In this document: positions 24,201-36,760 of the stretch, piece by piece
Layout: each line of letters starts with the position of its first letter
How positions within the stretch are numbered: the first letter of the stretch is position 1
Source: Laetmonice hystrix
Lineage: Eukaryota
DNA length: 64,000 nt
Assembly (NCBI GenBank): GCA_965235115.1
Contig: OZ249436.1
Span: 37,448,001 to 37,512,000, forward strand
Direction: 5' to 3'
Translations under genes and position numbers: made by a program
Notes under the pieces: generated by a model
The model's database searches: none
The model's input: only the letters and a program-made list of their open reading frames with translations
Told to the model about the DNA's origin: nothing

Positions 24201-25512
24201 CTCGCACAAAGCTTGGTGACTTAAATATGTGCTTGTGATGGCTATATGTTTCGCCTACAGGGGGCCTATACCGCATTCTTATATCTCCCTGGAAGAAAAT
24301 CATTCTCCTCCGACATTTTCGAAATGGACCCCAAACTTTAAACCCATCCTGTACATCTTAAGTGTGAAGATGCTTAACCATTAGTTCGTATCAGCGACTT
24401 CAAACGCTCCTGCTGTGCAATAATGTATCCCACACTTGATCTGGTGACACAATTAAGCGATGCAAATATTCATGTTTTGTCACCCCTTGTAAATAACAAC
24501 AGACGGGCTGTAAGCTGAAAGCCTGTGTTTGATTAAACTTCAGATAATTATTGGGCCTTCAACGATAGATAACAACTACGATCGGGATGGCGATATAATT
24601 ACACTTTACTTAGATCTAAGGCCGAGTGGTGTCATCGCAGTAATCGATACCAAAGACAGCTGTCTTCGTGAACATCACAGGCCTCCACCGGGGGACCCTC
24701 TCAAAGACATAACTCTCAATAACAAGATAAGGTAACCTGATCCTAGATGAAAAGTTTGCGACATCACCCCGCCTGACAGGTCTGGGACGTGCCCCCCACT
24801 CACAATGGCTGCCCCCAATGTCTGATCTTGCCTCCCGTTGACCAGATGGTGAAGAGAGCACGTACCTCTGGACATCTGGCCGTATCATGTCCTGATTTGA
24901 CACAGCGTCAGAGGGGCAACTCAAAGATGTAATTTTGGCGAGGTGACCCCAGAACGGGACTCTCCAGTCAACGAACCCAAAGCGAGGAGACAGAATACAA
25001 ATGACACTAAGCAGAGATTCTAGCAGAACTAAGTAACATCAGTCCCCCCCCCCCACTCTTTCCCCGAAGAGATGCTGAAAGAAGGACGCCAGCAGGGTTC
25101 CTGGCCAAGATAGAAATCCACGGGAGGGGAGTGTCGCTATCTGTTTGAGTAATCTCAACTCACAGGGGTTCGCTATTATGTCTCTATTCAGTCCCTATTA
25201 TGAGACAATTATACCCATCTTTCTTCATCTCTATGAGTCAGAAGGCCGACGATATAACAAACATCGCTGCAAAGGGCACATATAGCCCCCCCCCTCCCTT
25301 ACCGTACATATTTACCTACTTCCTTGTGCTTTCTTGTACGATTTATAATATTAAGAAGAGGCATAGCGAAAAACTTTGAATTTATTTGGTTCTTTACACC
25401 TCCAAGTACGGGTCAATGCGTCGGCATGACGTTGACGCAGATGGCGCTCGCGTCGCCGGCAAGATAGAGAAATCATAAGACGAGTGTTTTTGGGGTGACG
25501 GTGGTGAGGATA

Positions 25513-25542
25513 GGGTGGGGGTGGGGGTGGGGGTGGGGGTGG
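25513..25542 (+). repeat. (GGGGGT)n G-rich repeat, G-quadruplex-capable
   Basis: gggtgggggtgggggtgggggtgggggtgg. Confidence 0.85.
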
Positions 25543-28500
25543 GACGGAGAGCCATGGCGGGTTGGCCTCCTCCGATATACTGTGTCGTCACTAATCCCTG
25601 CCCGCTGCCCGTGCCATTTCCTGGCACTGATTGCTTGCCTCCTCTGCCCACATGCTGGTTCGCTTGCCTCCCCTGGCATTGCAATGATAACAGCCTCAAG
25701 TCTGCTCGTCCTGTCACCTAAGTATGGGTCAGGGTGCGTTGAGATAATACTAATGGCGCGACCAGACTCAACCTTGGGATACTGCGAAGGACAGTATCGG
25801 AGTGTGCCATTTGGTTCTACTCGATACACTCAAAGACTGACATGAATAAGAACCTCACCAAGAAAGTCATATTGCTTGGGGAGGTCAAAGTGCCAGGAAT
25901 AAATGACATTTCCGTAGGCGCTATACTATCAAGCTCTTACGTATACCGTGGTGATATTTGTGCGGTGAGAAGTTGTGGCGAAAACAGAGAGCGGCTTTTG
26001 TTGAATGAAATAAGCTATGCTCTATAATCGAGGCATCTGTGAAGCGGAACGCTGGCATACAATAACGGGTGATCATATTTAATATGAGCATGTGGAGAGC
26101 GAAAAAAGTCCGATTTAAATAGAGCTATCGGATATGTCTGGTGTACAAAAAAGAAACAACCTGCACTTATCATCTAAAAAACAAAGCTGGGAAACTTTTT
26201 TCTGGTGTTAGATAACAATTATTTCATCACGGCATCACTCAAACAATGGGCTGCATATAAATTAAGTGAAAAAGAGCGGCGTGAAATGACAGGCAGCTGG
26301 CCGCCGTCTTCACACAGCCTCCAGCGTGGCGTTACCTCTTTCAAAGAGACGCGCCTTTCCATTTATCATCTAATTATTCGGCACTTTCCATTTGTCTCTG
26401 TGATTAAAGCACTATACGTTTTGCTTTATCCCCACAACAATTAAGTCTAGTCTTTACGACGGGCCTTTGTATACAGGTCCACACCATTTAATTTTGGAAG
26501 CTTTTAACCAAATCTCCATTGACTTGTCAACCAATTTGTTTGTTGGCTGAATCAGGTATGAGCACCAAGTGGTCAAATTGCTGCCTTATTGATTTCCTAT
26601 AGCATCTCGGGACAGCGATGTTGGAAGACTGTCGGTTGGTGCTGCTGCGAGAAGCTGTGTGGTGTACCAAATACCTCGGCCTGCTATATTTCTTCATATT
26701 CGGCCCGGGCCTGCATCACGGATGGAATACATATAGAGGAGCCAGAACCTCTCGCCATTCACCCGTCACATCCCTCATGTTCACAGCGCACCTATATATG
26801 CATGGGTATGGGGTTCCCACACTTACCCTCAATCCCCTATGCTGTGCTTCATAAAGGGTCTTCCACACCTTAAGGTCTATAGTATCTCTCGAACTCCCCC
26901 TTCCCCACCCCCTCCCACACACACACACTAATATAGCACCGCCTACAACAGAGTATGTACATGTGTATATGTATACAGGTCTTAGAATGCGAATATAAAG
27001 CAACCTTAAAAACTCCGAATTCCTTTACAGTGACCATCTCTTCCGAAGTGCATCAGTTTTTAATTGAAACATAGTTCTATAACAAAACAATCCCCGCTAA
27101 TGAGATAAATGCATTGTCGAATAAGACCAGTACAGACCGTTCTCATGACCTCAAGACGTCACCTCAGGTCATATAGATGAGGTGAAATGACTCCATAATA
27201 ACCATTTACAACCTGGCTTCACCTTACACCAGACCGACCTGTGTCAAACAGTACGAGTTCACCGTCCACTTTGTGGACTTGTTCATGTAAAACTTGGCTC
27301 AGTCATCTCATATAACAGCTGCAGGTATCCTTGGATGAACTCTCTGGCACAACCTGATGTAATAGCAGGATACAGGCCAAATAATACCAGATACCGGCAT
27401 ACAGCTAACTAACCAGCTTTCTGATATTACAACATCGTTTCTCAACAGTTCTAAAAAAGAACAAACCCGCACCACCTCTTTCCTTCCTGCAGACCGTGTG
27501 TTTGCGCGAGTCCTGTCCCAGACTATTTATTCTCCTATAGGTTGTTCAGGAGGACGGCAAAAGTCCCTGAGTCATGCTGCGTGAAAGTCAGAGCGGCTTT
27601 CGCTGGCAGCAGTCTGAAGCCTCCTGGCCATGTGCTCAGCCCCACTTCTCAGTGAAATATTGTTGACACAGTGCACTCGTCTTCATAGCGCGGTGTCGGA
27701 GTCGAGCAGACCGGCCGGTCGTCATGTCTAGTCAACCGTCCGTGTGCTAAAGTGCGCAAACAAAGTTGCTAAGGTAAAATACTCTCGGATGGGGGTAGCG
27801 GGTTATCGCTGGGCCCAGACAATACCTGTGAGTGAGTAGAGCGAGGGGGCGGGTGAGATGAATGGAACTTCCCCACAGGTTCCCCATGTCGTGTTTTTAT
27901 ACATCAGTGTCCATTTATATCATATAGGGTTTGGCCAAATATATTGTCCCTATCGTGAGCATATGTTGAGGTCATCAATCAATATGTTCAGAACTCATAC
28001 CTGGAAAGTAGATTGAGAGAAACCTCCGTACAAGCCGATTCTAGGTACTTCCAGGATGTTATTATCAAAAGTAAAAGTTATAGAGGTTTATATGTGTTCT
28101 CTATATTGTTACGATCACATAACGTGTGTAGTTAGGTTCACAAAGTTGAGCAAACCCCATGGGCAGCAGAACCCGTCAGTGGCCGGCATTCTGTGGCAGG
28201 ACGTCAGAGATGAGGAAATATCCCTCTCGCTGTGAGAGGGGCCTGGGTTACATACCCGTAACTGTTAATGCCGTGAACACTACGGCTATTATAGCCTTCC
28301 ACGAGGGTCGCCTGATGTGCTTTTCATATGTGCTGGTATCGGCGGCATGTGCTACTCGCCAGAATTAATCTGGTATACGGAAGCCAAGGGGACGCCCAGA
28401 CCCAACGCTTGGACGGGGCCAGGCTCCGGACCCGCTGCTCAACTCATTCTCTCTCTCTTCTCCCCCTCTCTCCGCATCCCCCCTCCCGTGGATAGTGTGA

Positions 28501-28579
28501 ACCAGGAACGGCGTAATCTTAGCGGTCGTTAGTCATGTCGTGCATAACTTTCTATATGGATCCGACAACTGTGAACTCT

Positions 28580-29180
28580 GATGACCGTGTCAAGAGAATG
28601 TACGCAGGTTGTGGAGAGGTGTACGAGTGAGTAAAGGGGGTTGTTTGAGGACCGTGTCAAGAGAATGTACGCAGGTTGTGGAGAGGTGCATGAGTGAGTA
28701 AAGGGGGTTGTTTGATGACCGTGCCAAGAGAATGTACGCAGGTTGTGGAGAGGTGTACGAGTGACTAAAGGGGGGTTGTTTGATGACCGTGTCAAGAGAA
28801 TGTACGCAGGTTGTGGAGAGGTGTATGGGTGAATAAAGGGGGGTTGTTTGATGACCGTGTCAAGAGAATGTACGCAGGTTGTGGAGAGGTGTACGGGTGA
28901 ATAAAGGGGGGTTGTTTGATGACCGTGTCAAGAGAATGTACGCAGGTTGTGGAGAGGTGTACGGGTGAATAAAGGGGGGTTGTTTGATGACCGTGTCAAG
29001 AGAATGTACGCAGGTTGTGGAGAGGTGTACGAGTGAGTAAAGGGGGTTGTTTGAGGACCGTGTCAAGAGAATGTACGCAGGTTGTGGGTACGAGTGAGTG
29101 AAGGGGGTTGTTTGATGACCGTGTCAAAAGAATGTAAGCAGGTTGTGGAGAGGTGTATGAGTCAGTAAAGGGGGCTGTTT
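28580..29180. repeat. 67/68-bp minisatellite, 9 copies
   Basis: Unit GATGACCGTGTCAAGAGAATGTACGCAGGTTGTGGAGAGGTGTACGAGTGAGTAAAGGGGGTTGTTT. Units start at 28580, 28647, 28714, 28782, 28850, 28918, 28986, 29053 (61 bp, deletion) and 29114. Confidence 0.97.
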
Positions 29181-32100
29181 CTATAGGCGCCGATCTTTGT
29201 GAAGGTTTTCGTGTCCTTCGATATGAACGACTGATAACGTTTCTCCCCACTGTAATGTATACAGCATGTGTCAATGGAATATTGTGTCAACTTTGCTGTA
29301 ATGAAGTCCCAACTGTATTTGTTGGCTGAATCATACCTAATCCAAAAGTAAAGTGAGTGAAAACTGACAATCGAAAGATGACCAGAAGTGGACTTTATCG
29401 CTTTGCACCAGATTAAGATACATCAAAACTTGCAGATCTTTCACACAAAGAGGAAGAAGAAGTAGAAAAAGAAGAAGTAGAAAACGAAGACCACGAATGG
29501 CGATGACTTCCCACATTCATAAGTTTCCATTTAAGCCGCTCGGATCCATATCAAAGACATGCCACAGGCAGCCAAGGACAGATAATGGGAAGCATACGTT
29601 CACGGTCTTAGCGTATTATACCACAGGTATGTGAATCCACAGTTCTCTAACATCAGGAACTATCTAAGGAGGTCACACGCAATTTCCTCCAGGAACCTCC
29701 TGTGCACGATGCAAGAGATGCGAGCATTACGCACCCCATCATCAATTGTCTCAGCAACTGGGCAGGAAATGAAGTGAGGGATAACAACGATTGCCTGACT
29801 ACTATTATAAGTGCCTTCTCTCTGGTGGTTGGCTTGACTAATGGCTCATCAAACGCTGTGGAGAAGATCGCTCCGACAGAAAGGTGCACACATTGAAGTA
29901 CTTTTACACCTTCGCCTCCAAACTCGAGCGTGGTGTTGGTACCTTTGTGCGGCACGTTGTGCGTTATGTTCCCGGCCTGACGTGTGCATAGTTCCCGTTG
30001 TCTGACACCCCTGTTTTGTTAACCTGACTATAGTTGGTACGCCTCTCTGTGTCTCTGTCCTCCCATCCATAAATGAGGCATGAACTGGGCTGTCATGTAG
30101 CGGACAGTTTGTGAAGCTCTGGGGCCGGACCCCCTGCTGCTGACACAGGCCTACCTGTCACTCGGTTAATCACCTGGAAGCCCGGCCGATTGGCCAGGTA
30201 GTAGGCGGTGGGTGCACGCACCTAGGTGTCTACCGTTGGTGGGCCGGGCCAGAGGCGGCACACCGCTCTGGCCACCTAGAAGTAAACTGATTACTGGGGT
30301 GAGTGCTGACGGCACGGGTGCACAAATTACCCCACTAGCCGGTACCCCCTCATATATATAGTATCCCACCTAGCTACCACCTCTCTCTGTAGTATCCCAC
30401 CCCCCTCTCTCTCCTCACACACGCTCTCTCTCTTATGTCATTATATGTGAATTAAATATAAAACACTATAATGCAGTATTCTATAAAGAGGGACTCGATG
30501 CTGCACATCCGTCACCATCTCCTAGGCACAAAGGTCTTCTAGGCAACCAGTCTCAGTCCGAGAACATGGCCACAGGAGCAATATGACCAGCACTTATTGA
30601 GAAAAACCTCTTGTCCTCATACCTGTGTGGAGCAAAGCTAAGATAGGCCTTACTCTGAGAGGTAGATCCCACGGCTTCGTGAACAGAATGTTCTGTCCCC
30701 TTGAGAAAGGTCCTTCACCGCTATCGGGATCCCGCAATTAACTTCTCTTTCCTCACTCTCATCTGTTGAGGTATGCCATGAGGTATCTGCCCCTTAAGTA
30801 ACTAACCTAAGTTACCAGGTACCAGGTAAAGGTGACCATATGACTCTGCCCAGACGGCAGCAGCTAGAGAACCATCCCGACTGTTCTATAACAGCACAAA
30901 CCAACCAAGTGGAGGGCTCCATCCCTACCTCATGCTCGGTCTGCATTTAAGACGCTGGCTTCCAGTATTCAGGTATAAAGACAAAACGCCTAGGGTCTTG
31001 AGATCCATTTTCCTGGCAAGGAGACAGTTTGGAAGGCCAGGACTTCACATCACTTAGGTCTTAATTCTGTTTTCACACAGTGGGATCTTGGGCCTGTCGT
31101 GCCAGAGGTGAGAGACCTTGGAGGAGTTCCCTGGAGTAAAGGTTAGGGATAATCTCTGGGAGGATTGGGAGAGTGCCATCCTGGTGTCACTGGCGTCAGC
31201 CCCATCCCGGGGAGTTCCTTATGAACTCTTAGTAGTTTGGGGATCCAAGGTTATGTGGCCCAGGGGAAGTATGGCCATAGAGGGCACGGCTGGGGTTGGA
31301 GTTAAGGAAGTTGCCAGGTACAGCGGCAGTTCCTTTGAATGTTCTTCGGGAATTCACACTGCTGGTGGCAATGCTGCTAATGTTTTCATTAAGAAAATAA
31401 TTACCAAAATATTAAGCAGTGAACCTTTATTGGCCCCAGGTAAGAAATATAGCTCGGTGTGTCTACATCTACTTCACGTATTATTTCTAAAAGATGTGAG
31501 GCCTATAATTTGTAACATATACGTTGTTAGTTATACTTCCACATGTGTTGACGGTAAAAGCCATCAAGATCGGATACATGTTTGTAACCACAACCAGCAT
31601 GTGGCCTCCAGCCAAATAAAATATTGGCAAGCTGGCAGACTGACCTAACCACATTAGACAAAGGTGGCGATCTCCTGAAACCGCAAGCAAATCTTTGACG
31701 ATCTTTTAAACAATTGTCAGCGTAACTGTGGGGATGACTGGCAAATGGTGCCATTATCACACAGTCCTATAACAATGTCTGGCGGCAGAGTGCCCTTTGG
31801 CCTGCTATATTACCCTGCTCTGTCTATACTACTGGCAACTATTGTAACTAGGTCACCTCGCACTCATGTGTGTCAGTGTTTAGCATTCCCTGCATGCTGC
31901 CCCCCTGCTCCCCTCTCAAAACACACTCATAACGGGTTGGGGGGGGGGGGGGTGCGCAGCTTTCCTATAGTCGTAGTAGTCACCCGAAGGGTAGATCTTA
32001 TACACAGACCTTGTACGCCGTTACCGAATCACTTTCAAGCAAAGGTGTGAACATCTGGAAAACCTAAGTGGCTCTTGACTGTGTTCCATCTCTGTTGATA

Positions 32101-35100
32101 CACTTGATTATCGAGCTACGCCGGGGTAAGAAACATCCGACTGCTATCACACACTGGCCCATACACCCCTGATGACACCGTTGCAGCCCTGGGGCTAATC
32201 TGGATCATCCACTCAACTTTTTTGAATGCACTTTTTTGAAGCGCCGCCACGTGTGTATTGTAAATTACTTTACACCAACATACATGAGGATGGACCGCTG
32301 TCTTGCCACCATGGCTGCCATTTTTTCCTCATGCATTTTATTGGATACTTCGCAGCCTATTTTCATCTTCTGCCACGAGGGTTTCTTTCTTTATATATCT
32401 TTATACGCGGAGGCGTAAAAGCATGATGTTTGGACGCTATAGTTGTTTATGTGGTCGCCTTGGATATCTGGCTACCCGCTGGGATACGACAAGCAGCCTG
32501 AGTAATAGCTTGGATGGGCGGGGGTACGCGTGTCTTAATACCTCCCGCGTGAAGCTCAGGCGTGGGGGGGGGGGGGGGATCCACACACCCACACCAGGCA
32601 GTCAGTGCTGGGACGTTGTGGAAGCCCAGGACCACACCTGTGGCGCCCTCACCCGTCAGAAACCGTACTCAAACTCTCTGAGACGGCATAGTGTGTGTTT
32701 GAATGTCAGTGATTCTGATTTATAATAATACACAAAAATGTTACTGTTCTCATTGCATACCACATTCCTATGTTTTAGGCACAATTTCGTGAAATGTGTC
32801 TTCGTGTAGAAATCGCCATCGTCGCTGCCGTCGTCATGTCTGCCTCAGTGGTAATGAAAGATAACTAACAGGACAACAAATGCATAATTGTTTCCAGTGA
32901 AATGTGTCCTAAGTAGAGGCAGGTTTACGGGCTGTTGTGAGAAGGGAATCTGAGTGCAAATGCTTTCACGGACAAAAACTCTTGTCTCCGTGAAAACAAG
33001 CGGAGTGGTAGTTAAAATAGAATCCAGCATGTTAGAAAATAATCATTTCATGAAGGAATTGATCAATGTTACACTCAAACATAGACCAATCATTACTTCT
33101 CATGAAAGCCGCAAGCAGTGTCGCCAACGTTTGTTATCGCGTTGATTAAAATCCCCATGCTACATGTCCTTTCCGCCTGAGAATGCCATGAAATCGGCCA
33201 TTTGCTTTAAGAAAACTTCCATTATAACTATTTTAAAAATGTCATGTCATCAGGTTTATAGACATTACGGCTGCAAAGTTTTCTGTTGCGTGTCTGTGCG
33301 CACGACTAAGGCAAAAACAGTTTCTGGTTTGAAAGTCTCAATTTATCACTGATTAAGTCTCTGAATTCATCATTTATTCAGTCCTCGACAATTACAGCCG
33401 GGTAGCAATTTGCCAGCCAGTAGAAGGGTCACAGTGTTGTTGTTGTCTTGGAGTTATGCTATAAAATTTAAAGAGCAGTTTCAAAAGTCAACAGGGAACT
33501 TGACAGTGAGTTCTGGTGCGGCATCTCTTTAGGAAAATGTGAAAATGTGTCGCAGCGTGTCCTACATGGAATTATCGCCATGGCTATCTGTAATAAACAG
33601 CGAGCGTCATGCTACAAGAAAAACGTTCCTTTGATTGGTGTTGTTAGGTACTCAATGACAACAGATCAGTTATCTATGGAGGGGGGAGGCTGGGTGGCAG
33701 TTATCTACCATAGCTATCCACCGACAGCCGTGGCTCGACCTGCCAACAGTCCTGCCTGCCAAACAACTTGTCCGTGCACAATCATTCTGGGGGGCCATCC
33801 ATCTGCAGTTCATATTTATTGCTGCACAAGTTGCTTATGCCGCCATTGTTGCTTGCCTGAATACTTTAGATGCGCCATAAATCCTTCCCCCCATAGAAGT
33901 GTGGATGACATATGTGGGGTTTCTGTGTGGCGCATCACCAACCAGCCTCTTGGTCTCCGTCAATCTCTTGCCCAGCTTTGGGTCTGCCCCAAGGTCGACA
34001 AAGGTCGCATGGGTCGGCGCCCTGACCCCTGCTGATGACCTGTGGGCTGTGTGTCTGTGTGTCATTATTTTCTTGGCTGTGGTGGCCTGCTCTGTGAGGC
34101 TGTTCAGGTCAATTGGGCTGCAGCATGCTGCTGGCCAGGGCCTCTGGAGACAATGCCTGCAAGGGCATGCAAGAGCAACCTGACTGAGACATGTCCACCC
34201 CGGACCCAGGGCGGGTGATCTATTGGGGCGGCGGGTGGACAGAGGAAGGGTCACCTTCAGCCCGGCCCCGCTCCATCCACATCACGGCGCCCCCCGACCC
34301 CCCCCCCCCTCCCGGCGGCAGCGGCACCCTCTCCGGTGACACACGCCCTTGGAGGAGCAGCATTAATACACCGATGTGACTCTTTTCAATGGCCATCAGG
34401 TCCGTCATAGCCTCCTAGGCTGCCCTCCTCCACGGTGACATATGAGTGACTCGCATGAAAGGTAACAAGACGGGAAATGAAATTTCACTTAAAAATGAAG
34501 AGAAAAAATCTGAATAAATTTCACTCTTTTAAAATCTAACGTGGTTGATATACGGGGTTTCATGTGGTCGTGTATGTAGTGCTTATGCTTCTGGTATGTG
34601 TAAAGTAAAGATGAAAAGGTGTAAATTTGGATAATCATTTCATCATTATCCATCACTCTTAACGTATGCAAGTCAGCGAGACAATGGCTTTCAGGTTGAA
34701 AGACGTCATCTCCTGGTTGGAGCTGGCTGTTTCTGCCCTTGACCTGAGAGTATTTCTGCCCTCACAAGATGCATGGGCAACACCTGACACTAATTTAAAG
34801 TAACTGCCTTGCTCAGTCAGCACTTGGTCTTGCTGGCATGCACCGCCAGCACGCTGGGTGTGGGCGGGGGGTGACACTGGACCGTGGTGGCTACTGTCCA
34901 TCGGTGACTGACCAAGATACATAGGGCTCGCTCCTGGTCGCCACAGGCATGCCCTCTGGTCAGACCTCACTGAATTCTACCTCGGCCCTGAGGTGGCGGC
35001 CATGTCTGAGAAACTCTCCCCTTCTCCCCATCCTGTTCTCCTTCTCATCTCTTCCTCCCAAGGGATGGCACGTGGGCTCAGCCTATAATGTCCACTGACG

Positions 35101-36403
35101 GTTCCTGCCTCCTGCTTTGGTTATTGTTACTCATTCCCCACAACCCACAAGGGAAGTCTTAACAAGGATGACCATTATGTTAAATTGGATTGTGGGGGTG
35201 TCAACAATGGCCTGTCGCCTCCAACACCTCCTGGAAGACGAGATAAAGATGGAATACATGCGCCTTGGAGCGGTTTTCATCTATATCTGAAACCAGCTCC
35301 GTTTTTCTTTCTCAGGCTTCATAATGCCTCTTGCTCTTGGATGAGGCATTGCTGCTTAAGCGTTAATCCCTACTTGCCCCTCCAGTGTCACCTGTCAACA
35401 TGCCGTTGCGTATGCGAAATGGCGCGGGCGGGCGGATGACACGGGCACATCAGTCACTGGTCAGGATAGCAATGGTCAATCCCGGTCACATTCTGCGCTG
35501 GTCACTCATAATCATGATGTATGGGGCTCACAGGTGGATGGTCGGGAGCAGCGAGGGGTCATCACACTGGTCAGCAGGCTACACCGACCCACTGACCACA
35601 GCATATTGTATTTGACGGAGCACTATGGATGGCATAACTCCGAGTTGGTTCGCCAAGTAGTACTTGACTGTACTTCGGACCAGTGTATCATGTTGAAAGT
35701 TGGCGCTGCATGACTTAACAGATGAAAACGCATAAGAAGGGCTTACTTGATCTTACGGCTCATCTGCCTGTTCTCACTTTATCATCAGAAGAAATGGAAG
35801 TTGTGATAGCAGTTTTAGAAAGAAAGTTGTAATTCAGGCGATTATATTTAGTCTAATAGTTGTACCAAGAGTAGGCTCAAAGTTACCGTTTTTGCTACGA
35901 AACTATTTTCCGTATCAATATTACCAGGACCATGAGCGGTTGTATAGATACACGCTTTCTAAAAGGCAAGCACAATTTAAACGCTCCTGAAATATTGACA
36001 GACTTTTGGCAACTTTTGACCTGGAGCTCACACTACCTTGCAGTCCCAGTTTTTATAGAACGTTTCATGTTACAATGTCTTAGATTTCAATTCCATTTTG
36101 GCTGCCTAGACATGGCCCGCGCTGTGTCTCACTTGTTCCAACTGAGTCCGGACTGAAACAAACACCGGGGCCACACAGGGACATCAGCTATAAACTGCAG
36201 ACATCTTCTAGTCGGGGTCTGGCGGCCTCCATGTTGGAAACTTGATCGAACGCGAACCGCTACATGCTGGAGACGACAGTCCCATGGTGCGTTTGCTTAC
36301 TTTGGAAAGCATTGGGTGACATGACCTTGTATAAGGTTAACATGACCTCCCGCTGACCTTGGGTCCCAGGTTGGGGATATCGTCTGTGCAGTGAGCCGAC
36401 TGT

Positions 36404-36760
36404 GACCTTTAAAGGTCTACTTCCGGTTTTGTCTATGGCGGCGACAGTGCTCTGTCACCAGTCAATCCGACACCTGTGACCCTGTCCTCGTTTTACCCCC
36501 TCCCCCTGCTCTGACCCCGACAGGCGCCTGACCTCTTTACCCTATGTCCGTCAAGCGTCGGGTTCTCGGCGCGTGGAGGCTGCTGGGACAGGTCACGTGA
36601 TATGACTGACAGACACGTGACCTTTGATTTCGGCGACGTTATAAAAGGAACCGCACTGACGTCAGTGACTTGGCGGAAAGCGCATCGCACAGCAAAGACC
36701 TGAGGTTCCCTTCGGTGACGGGCGAGGCAGGGGTGCAGGGGGAGGGGAGAGGGGGCGCTG
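36404..36760. promoter_or_regulatory. Intronic promoter/enhancer-like motif cluster
   Basis: ETS ACTTCCGG 36419; ATGGCGGC 36435; E-boxes GTCACGTGA 36592 and CACGTGAC 36614; TCF CCTTTGAT 36621; TATAAAAG 36640; CRE TGACGTCA 36657; CTCF-like AGGGGGCGCTG 36750. Confidence 0.5.

Noticed and set aside
25842-26027. KKVILLGE resembling a small-GTPase P-loop start
   Set aside because: No GxxxxGK(S/T) and no credible splice structure.
28529-29274. ORFs with repeated MTRSSNNP...LHNLRTFS; array superficially CRISPR-like
   Set aside because: Translations of the 67/68-bp minisatellite. The units are contiguous with no unique spacers and there are no cas genes; this is eukaryotic DNA.
26539-29333. Shared 16-mer TTTGTTGGCTGAATCA at 26539 and 29318
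   Set aside because: About one exact 16-mer match is expected by chance in 64 kb, and the flanks do not align.
31118-31648. Longest non-basonuclin ORFs (176 aa here; also 33547..34035, 43391..43888, 46552..47070, 53901..54389)
   Set aside because: No recognisable domain or coding-like composition; lengths are compatible with chance in GC-rich intron patches.
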